Part shown: piece by piece, positions 27,718 through 35,300 of the stretch
Layout of the letters: each line of letters begins with the position of its first letter
Position numbering within the stretch: position 1 is the stretch's first letter
Source: Candidatus Kuenenia stuttgartensis
GTDB lineage: Bacteria > Planctomycetota > Planctomycetia > Isosphaerales > Isosphaeraceae
Assembly: GCA_945874095.1 (NCBI GenBank)
Contig: CAMCFM010000001.1
Span: forward strand, 1 to 39,670
Length of the DNA: 39,670 nt
Direction: 5' to 3'
Notes under the pieces: generated by a model
What the model was told of the DNA's origin: nothing
The model's input: only the letters and a program-made list of their open reading frames with translations
The model's database searches: none
Translations under genes and position numbers: made by a program

Positions 27718-28205
27718 AATTGGCTCTTCCGCACTTTTGGTTGACACGGGAGTTTTAGCAAGACCCTCCGCCTCAACAGTTCAAAACTTCCCCGACCATA
27801 CATCTGGCGTTTGATTGTTTTCAGTCGGTTCACCTGACCCTCGACCTGACCGTTGCTCCATTCGCAGTTCAACGCCTCCTTCACGGCCATTTCGTCTTGC
27901 TGAAGGCCGGATGCAAAATGACGAATCTCCGATGGCATTTCCTTTGAAATCGCTTCACTCAGCCAACCTGTCCAATTCTCAATTCGGTGATTGCAAACCA
28001 TTTTGACGAATTCCTGACCAACTTTTCTGGCTTGGCGGAACACTGGATTGATTGACAAAAGCCTGTCCAGGAAGTGTTTGTCTTCGGTAGTCAGATACTC
28101 ATCATCGATGACCAGCAGACGTGAAACAGTTGACGCCGATGGCGGTTCGCCTGAACACTTGACTGCGACAGGCTTCAACGCCCCCCCCCGCCACTTGGCA
28201 ACCAT
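27714..28205 (-). pseudogene. ISL3 transposase, C-terminal fragment
   Basis: HFLDRLLSINPVFRQARKVGQEFVKMV...WLSEAISKEMPSEIRHFASGLQQDEMAVKEALNCEWSNGQVEGQVNRLKTIKRQMYGRGSFELLRRRVLL matches the conserved ISL3 C-terminal region. Confidence 0.75.
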
Positions 28206-28690
28206 CCTGCGAACCGCATAGCAATGCCCGGTGTAGCCTTGTTCGCGTACTTCTCGATAAATCCCGCCGCATTTGGAAATGAGAATCCATCAGTCGAGAG
28301 GAGCATCAGGCATAAACAGGTGCCAGTTTTGGGATACGCTCGCAAAAGATTCGACGGATGTAGAAACCATTGTCACAGTAGTACTTTCGTACAATCAGCA
28401 GGATTCTCAGACGCCTGGTGATGAGTGGAAGATCGGAAATCTTACTGGTGTATAGACTACGAACATGATTAGAAAGGGTGTGGCAGATTGGACACGAGGC
28501 AGTTTTTGAGATCGATCTGATATTTATCAGGAAATGTTCAGCCCTTTGACAAGGCTGAAGACCTTGAAACAGGCGGGATCGAAGAACTCGGTGTAAGTGC
28601 ACATGTCTAAACCCCATTCACTTCTGAGGATAGATATCCATACCCATTCAGAATTATACGGAGGGTTTGTACCAAAAGTGCGGAAGAGCC
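27722..28690 (-). mobile_element. ISL3-family insertion sequence, internally deleted non-autonomous derivative (969 bp)
   Basis: Perfect 20-bp terminal inverted repeats: GGCTCTTCCGCACTTTTGGT at 27722-27741 and its reverse complement at 28671-28690. Only N- and C-terminal transposase fragments lie between them. Confidence 0.8.
28306..28617 (-). pseudogene. ISL3 transposase, N-terminal zinc-finger fragment
   Basis: SCPICHTLSNHVRSLYTSKISDLPLITRRLRILLIVRKYYCDNGFYIRRIFCERIP matches the zf-ISL3 pattern (CP.C......HS.Y.R...DLP......L.L..RR..C.N..C....F.E). The central DDE part is absent. Confidence 0.7.
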
Positions 28691-28809
28691 CATCAAATCG
28701 GGCCTCCCACAGCGGCTTCTTTACAGCGTTGAGAACTTCTTTATCACCCACTTCAAACAACTAGCCTTACTCAAGCTTATGAACCTTGACTAGGACCTTG
28801 TGTCTGAAA

Positions 28810-28826
28810 CTTCTGGAAACCAGAAG
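28810..28826. promoter_or_regulatory. Perfect 7-3-7 palindrome upstream of the helicase/methylase operon (possible operator)
   Basis: CTTCTGG-AAA-CCAGAAG at 28810-28826, 26 nt upstream of ATG 28852. A TTGACT hexamer lies about 25 nt further upstream. Confidence 0.3.
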
Positions 28827-28851
28827 GCTCGCCGTTTAGTCTTGCCGACCG

Positions 28852-29349
28852 ATGACCTATACAAACAGAAGGACTGGTGTGATACTATCAACCTGCTGCG
28901 TGGCCGACATCACAAGAATGAGGTATTTACCAGTGGGTGATCAACTTAAATTCGAGCCTTCAAACCTGACCCAGCCTCAGTTCCACCAGTTGTCGGAATG
29001 TGCGCATGCGGCGGAAAATTTATCTCCCCAGGTGCTAATTACTGCTGCAAAACAACACCTTGAGCGTACTCAAGCCGCCCATGCGTCTAATCGGCTAATC
29101 AATTTACGCCTTGCTACTGCAATTGTCAGTGTGCTGGAAGAGTTGGTGAACGCCCGGGGTATCATGGAAACAAATCAGGCGTGGTGGTTGAGAGGAGCGA
29201 TGTACTATTTCACAACCAGCAACGATGATGAGCCTGATTTTCAATCGCCTCTAGGGTTTGAGGACGATGCTGAAATCCTGAATGCCTGCTTGAAATTTAT
29301 CGACCGAAACGACCTATGTCTGAATGTTGAGGATTACGACAATGCCTAA
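28852..29349 (+). CDS. Small soluble protein with a DUF1232-like motif; first gene of the helicase/methylase operon
   Basis: 165-aa ORF, with an alternative start at ATG 28918 (MRYLPVG...). YYFTTSNDDEPDFQSPLGFEDDAEILNACL follows the DUF1232 pattern Y....P.D.IPDF.P..G..DD..V but without hydrophobic helices. Its stop overlaps the helicase start (ATGCCTAA). Confidence 0.5.
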   Translation: MTYTNRRTGVILSTCCVADITRMRYLPVGDQLKFEPSNLTQPQFHQLSECAHAAENLSPQVLITAAKQHLERTQAAHASNRLINLRLATAIVSVLEELVNARGIMETNQAWWLRGAMYYFTTSNDDEPDFQSPLGFEDDAEILNACLKFIDRNDLCLNVEDYDNA

Positions 29350-32329
29350 AGTCGTTACTCCGACACCCGGGATGCGTGTGCTGTGCCGAGATGCAGAATG
29401 GTTGGTAACGCGTGTGGATCCCTCGGATCACACCCACGAAAATTACGCAGTGCATTGCATCGGTGCTGATGACCTCGTTCGCGGGCATGAGGCCATCTTT
29501 CTAACGCAACTCGATGCGATCGAACCGGTCGACCCTCGCAACACGCAGCTCGTGCGGGACCAGTCCAGTGGATATAGGTTGGCAAAGCTATTTCTGGAAG
29601 CACAACTGCGACAGATGCCTGCCACCGGAGTTCAACCGGACTTGAAAGGCATGGGTGCCTTCAAGCCGATGAACTTTCAGGTTCAGACAGTTCAATGGGC
29701 ACTGAAACAGTTGCGACCCAGGCTGCTGTTGGCCGATGCCGTGGGGCTCGGCAAAACAATCCAGGTTGGGATGATCCTTTCCGAACTGATGCGTCGTGGA
29801 CGGGCCAGTCGGATTCTGGTTCTGGCGAAGAAGTCGATGCTGACTCAGTTCCAGTCGGAATTGTGGAACCGATTTGGCATCCCACTTGTGCGACTTGACT
29901 CCGATGGTATTGCGAAACTTCGATTGCGAATTCCTAGCAACAAGAATCCCTTCGAAGTTTACCATCGCATCATCATCAGTATCGATACCCTCAAGAACGT
30001 GGGCAGCTATCGTCATTTTCTCGAAAACACTCGCTGGGACTGTGTCGTCATCGATGAAGCACACAACGTGGCGGGAGCGAGCGTTCCCGAAAGACACCTT
30101 GCCTATCGTCTGGCCCGACTTTTATCTCGTCGAACCGACTCGATGTTGCTGACAACCGCAACACCTCATAACGGCAAACGCGAGACCTTTGGCCGACTGA
30201 TTTCCCTACTTGATCCCTCCGCCATCCCAGATCCTGATTTCAAGGAGTATAGCGCCGAGGACATCAAAGGGTTCTTCCTAATGCGCTTCAAGGAGGATGT
30301 CCGTGAGGATGCAGGTGAGAATCTGACGGACCGAATGCTGGTTCCTATAGAGCAAACGACCGTTCCGGCCAGCGAAGACGAGGAGAAAGTCTACGCCGCC
30401 CTGTCTGAGCTACGGGAGGAAACGAAAAGAAATAAGGGGAACGAAGACTGGAAAAACAACGTTCTTGTGCAGTACGGGATCTACAAACAATTCCTGTCCA
30501 GCCCCGAATCCTGTCGTAAAACTCTTCGAAAGCGAATTGTCGCCGTTCAGAAACATTCCTCCACCAGCCCTGAATTGCTATTTCTAGATGGGATCGATTC
30601 ACTTCTATCCAGTATGAGCATCCGCGAGTCGTCACGGTACAAATTGCTCAAAGCACAACTGGACGAAATTGGCTGGAATGGTTCACCCGCAAGTCCGCGT
30701 GTTCTCGTATTCACGGAATACCGTGAAACTCAGGATGCTCTGGCGGAGGCACTGTCAAACGACTACAAGCTGAATTACTCTTCGAAGTTCGAGCAACAGC
30801 CAAAGCAGGTCCTGGCAACGATCAATGGGTCTTGCCCAGACATCTGTCTGATGGACACGGTGGAGGCGTTCGGGACGGCATCATCAGAACTGCGGATGCT
30901 GCTGGCTACAGATGTGGCATCAGAAGGCGTGAACCTTCATCACCAGTGTCACAACATCATCCACTACGACCTGCCATGGTCGATCATCACGCTGATTCAA
31001 CGTAACGGCCGTATCGACCGCTTCGGGCAATTGCAGAACCCGGTCCTGCGTTACCTGCGTGTAAGCACTCGGGATGGTATGTTGAAGGGTGATGAGTCAA
31101 TCTTCGAACGTTTGATCGAGAAGGTCGAAGAGATCAACCGTTCTACCCGCCAGGGAGAAACGGTTCTGAAACTCTATGACCCCGAAGCGGAGGAGCGCTA
31201 CATAGCCCAAAAGGGAATCCTCCATGGTGATTCCGAGGTTTTGGAAAAAGCAGCCGCACAGAGCAGTCCCGAGGCAAACGAGCTGGAAACTATACTCAGC
31301 CAGGCCAATCCCTCAGGGCAGGAGGACTTTCTGAAATTCCTGCTTGGAGAGACCGATGAAGCTCCCTCTCAGTCGACAACTCTGGACTCCGCTGACAAAG
31401 TCAGTTCACGACTTCGCCTTTATGACGATCGGCGATTCCTGATCGAAGGATATCGATACCTCGCGGAACTGAGTCAGAATTACTCTGCCATTGAGGAGAA
31501 CGGTAAAGTGATTCTTCTCAGTGCCCCAAAAGACCTCTGTCGTCGGTTGGGAGCGCCCAGCGAGTCGAATGACGTTGTATTCGGAGCAACAGCGATTCCT
31601 TCCGAAGCATGGCCTCAAGACAACCAATTTCGCCTGTCGGATGATTCGGATCGTATCGAGCTGGCAATCAGAGCAGCAAGAAATACGTCGGGACATTGGT
31701 CAAGGGAGCTGATGGCCACCGACCAGCAACCGATTCTGAAATGGATCACCGAGCGACTGTTAATGCTGATGAAGCGAGGCGAGTGCCCGCACATCACTTC
31801 TCGCAAGCTTGAAAAAGGCGAGCTTTGCTTTTGCTTCATCGGTCAGTTCAGCTCCCGGGCGGGTGCCCCATTGGCCGTTGATGCTCACGCTATCTCGTTC
31901 CGAAAGGGGGGCGGCTTTCAACATCGTCCTCTACGCGAAGCTTTGGATAGGGCGGGTTTCGATAGCCTGGTCAACGAAGGCAAGGTCGGCGATCTGGATG
32001 CGATTCGAGGCCCCCTGATTGCGTCGGCTGTCGAAGCAAGCCTGGATTACTTGCGGAAACTGGGCCACCAACACGTGGAAAGCCTCTTGCCCTTACTTCG
32101 ACGGGAGAACCGTCGTCTGCGTAACTGGAAGAATCGGCGTGAAGAGCTGCTTGCCAGTCGGATTGAAAAACTGTCGCCCAATCACCCTAAAGCCAAGATG
32201 TACCGCAAGGATCTGGAAGAGATGGACGCCTACATCCGAGACCGGGAAGAGAATTGGCAGGATACCTACTTCACGGCTTCCACTGAACCATCGACTCAAT
32301 TGGTCCTGGTGATTGAAGGGCTGAACTGA
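29342..32329 (+). CDS. SNF2-family helicase/ATPase (DrmD-like)
   Basis: I trimmed ORF 29324..32329 to ATG 29342 (MPKVVTP...). Motifs: I LLADAVGLGKTIQ, II DCVVIDEAHNV, III LLTTATPHNGK, V LLATDVASEGVNL, VI LIQRNGRIDRFGQ. A ~360-aa C-terminal extension has no recognised motif. Confidence 0.9.
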   Translation: MPKVVTPTPGMRVLCRDAEWLVTRVDPSDHTHENYAVHCIGADDLVRGHEAIFLTQLDAIEPVDPRNTQLVRDQSSGYRLAKLFLEAQLRQMPATGVQPDLKGMGAFKPMNFQVQTVQWALKQLRPRLLLADAVGLGKTIQVGMILSELMRRGRASRILVLAKKSMLTQFQSELWNRFGIPLVRLDSDGIAKLRLRIPSNKNPFEVYHRIIISIDTLKNVGSYRHFLENTRWDCVVIDEAHNVAGASVPERHLAYRLARLLSRRTDSMLLTTATPHNGKRETFGRLISLLDPSAIPDPDFKEYSAEDIKGFFLMRFKEDVREDAGENLTDRMLVPIEQTTVPASEDEEKVYAALSELREETKRNKGNEDWKNNVLVQYGIYKQFLSSPESCRKTLRKRIVAVQKHSSTSPELLFLDGIDSLLSSMSIRESSRYKLLKAQLDEIGWNGSPASPRVLVFTEYRETQDALAEALSNDYKLNYSSKFEQQPKQVLATINGSCPDICLMDTVEAFGTASSELRMLLATDVASEGVNLHHQCHNIIHYDLPWSIITLIQRNGRIDRFGQLQNPVLRYLRVSTRDGMLKGDESIFERLIEKVEEINRSTRQGETVLKLYDPEAEERYIAQKGILHGDSEVLEKAAAQSSPEANELETILSQANPSGQEDFLKFLLGETDEAPSQSTTLDSADKVSSRLRLYDDRRFLIEGYRYLAELSQNYSAIEENGKVILLSAPKDLCRRLGAPSESNDVVFGATAIPSEAWPQDNQFRLSDDSDRIELAIRAARNTSGHWSRELMATDQQPILKWITERLLMLMKRGECPHITSRKLEKGELCFCFIGQFSSRAGAPLAVDAHAISFRKGGGFQHRPLREALDRAGFDSLVNEGKVGDLDAIRGPLIASAVEASLDYLRKLGHQHVESLLPLLRRENRRLRNWKNRREELLASRIEKLSPNHPKAKMYRKDLEEMDAYIRDREENWQDTYFTASTEPSTQLVLVIEGLN

Positions 32330-35300
32330 TGCCGCTCGACACCTGCGTCACAAACGTCGGCGAATACTATTCGTCCCACTACCTCGACAGCTTTTTTGCC
32401 AAAGATGTCAAGGAACTCGTCGCAAAATGGTATGAACAAGGTTCGGAAGGCCCCCCACGGCGTCTCCAGAACCTGTCGCAATACTATTTCCGCGCCAAAA
32501 CCCAGGTACTCGACGAAGAAGAACCAATTCGGCGGCGTTTTTCGGGTGACGAAGCTCTCGCCTGGCATTCCCGGCTCCTGCAAGCCCTGGGATACAGCGA
32601 TTTGCAAGCTTTTGACCACCCGGTCGAAGGCGGCGACACTTTTGTGCCTGTACTCGGCCGCGTCAACCGCTACAATCAGCCTTGGCTGGTGGTCTGTGAA
32701 ACCCATTTCTGCCTGCCCGAAGCAAGCCTGAAGGAAGGCATGCCCAGCGAGGATCCGCTCGGTATGGAACCTTTCATCGATCAACTCACAACCAGGTCCG
32801 ATCACGACCTCTGCACTGGTGACTGGAGCCGATGTGTAGGCCGAGTTTTTACTGAAGAAGACGCGCCTCGATGGATCATTCTCCTCGCCGGCAGTCAATT
32901 GCTGCTGCTTGACCGCAATACGTTCGCCCAAGGCCGATTCCTCGCGTTTGACCTGGACGACGCCTTCGGGCGTAAGGAAAAAGAGACCTTCAACCACATT
33001 GCGGCATTCCTCTCCGCAGAGTCGCTCTGCCCCGACGGTGAATCCGACGAAGTCCTGCTCGATAAGCTCGAAGAACAAAGTCACAAATTCGCTCACGGTG
33101 TCACTGAAAACCTCCAGTTCGCCGTACGGGAAGCCATAGAACTGCTGGTCAACGAATGGGCACGCGATCGCACTGAGCGTGAAAAACGGCCACTTCTTAG
33201 GATTTCCCGTGAAGAACTCAAGGCCAACGGCCAAAACCTACGCGTCAATCTCCCGGAACTGGACGATCGAAACTATAAAATCACCGCCGAACACCTTCGG
33301 CGTGAGGCCCTGACGTTCGTCTATCGACTCCTCTTTTGTTTTTACGCCGAAGCCCGCGGCGGTGAACTGGAAATTCTTCCGGTGGACGACACCATCTACC
33401 GACTCGGCTACAGCCTGGAATCGCTCCGCGACCTGGAACTCGTGCCACTCACCGAGGCCACCAGCTCTGGAACCTATTTTCATCAGCATCTGAAACACCT
33501 CTTCCGTATCATCCACAACGGTTTCCATCCCGGTGACCACTCCGGGCAAGAGATCCAGTCTCGCCTGCTGCTCAATAACGAAATGGTCCGCGCCTTCGAA
33601 GTGCGGCCGCTCACGGCCACTTTGTTCTCTCCAGATGCCACTCCACTGCTGAACCGGGCTGAACTCTCCAACCGCTGCCTGCAAAAGGTGATCCACTACC
33701 TATCACTCAGCAAGGACGATCGGTCTCGAACCGTCGGCCGTGTGAATTATGCCGAACTTGGTATCAACCAGTTGGGGGCCGTCTATGAGGGTTTGCTCTC
33801 TTACAAAGGCATGTTTGCCGACCAGGACCTGATACACGTCAAACCCAAAGACAAAGACTTTGGCGACAAGAAAACCCCCACCTGGTTTGTCCCCCGGGAA
33901 CGCATGGAAGAATTTGAGCGGGATGAAGTCGAACGACTGACCGACGGCATGCCACGAATTTACCGTAAAGGCGAATTCATCCTGCACCTGAACGGCATCG
34001 ACCGCGAACAGTCGGCATCCTACTACACGCCAGAAGTGCTCACCAAATGCCTGGTAGAAGAAGCCCTGCGCGAACTGCTCAAAGATTACACGCCCGACGA
34101 TGCCGACAAAATTCTCCATCTGAAAATCTGCGAACCCGCCATGGGCAGTGGCGCGTTCCTGAACGAGGCCGCTGAACAACTGGCGATCCGCTATCTGGAG
34201 CTAAAGCAGAAACAGCTCCAGGAAAGATACCCGGATGGCGAAGTGCCGCTCGCTGATCTGCCTCTGGTGCACCAGGAAAAACTCGGTACGCTTGCCACAA
34301 ATCCGCCTGACTTCGCTTTCGCAACCGTTCCCACCAGCATTGAACCAGCCCGCTTTGGCGACGAACTCCGACGCGTCAAGCACTACATCGCCACCAACAA
34401 CATCTATGGCGTTGACTTGAATGAAACCGCCGTCGAGCTGGGCCAGCTCTCGCTCTGGCTGGGCAGCATTCACCGGCTGCTGGTCAAAGAAGGTGACAAC
34501 GGCGGGCGGGACATCTATAAATCAGGTGCCACACCCTGGTTCGGCCTGCGCCTGCGGTGTGGCAACAGCCTGATCGGTGCGCGGCGATCTGTCTGGACCG
34601 CCGAACAGCTCAAACGTGGCGAGCATGCGTGGGACTCGAAACTGATCCAGCAGGTGCAGTCCGATATCGAGGCCCTGCAGGCCAACGCCTCTCTTGAAAC
34701 AATCGCCCTCTATCGCAAGGAAACGATCGACCTGGCCTGCAAAATCAAATGGGCCGACCTCGCTAAAGATGCCGAGCAGTGCCGCGCTCAGGTGGTGCGA
34801 TTTTGCGAATGTGCCCGCGAACGTAATACAACCGGAATGATTCCTGAAGAGAAGTCGCTGTACGAAAATCAGCAGACGACCTGGAAATGGGTCGGTAATC
34901 AAAAGGATCAGGACGCCCTGCTGGCCCTCTTTGACCTGCTGCCCAAGGGGCGCATACGCACGGTAGAGCGGATCTCGTTTGAGATCTTCCAGACTCTGGG
35001 CGAGCAGCATGCCGACTTCAAGGCGGGCTTGCCCCGGCTGCTCAAGCCGGGCACGGCTCGTGGCAGCGATGAGGTTTATCACTTCCTGGTCTTTGACCCC
35101 GAGATGGTGCCCACCCGCAGCGACTCGCTGATGAAATCGTTCTGGAAGGCGGATTGCGCCTCGGCGGCCGATTGGGTGAAGAAGCAGGTCACTCCCAAAT
35201 GGAAGAACGACGAGATTGCTGAAGCCCTGGCGGTTTGCGGGCTGATTGACGCGCACTGGCGTAACTACGCCCAGCAGCGTGCAGAGGCTCTTGCGGCCAC

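Noticed and set aside
28527-28760. 77-aa minus-strand ORF (MFEVGDKEVLNAVKKPLWEARFDG...) reading into the right end of the ISL3 element
   Set aside because: Only the first ~23 codons lie outside the IS, and the rest translates IS terminal sequence. It could be the 5' stub of a gene destroyed by the insertion, but I cannot support any call.
32296-35256. Series of long minus-strand ORFs (32296..33234, 33238..33696, 33703..34179, 34522..35256) inside the methyltransferase gene
   Set aside because: They occur only in the GC-rich part of the gene and stop where GC drops. They show no motifs, while the + strand frame carries ordered methyltransferase motifs. They are shadow ORFs.
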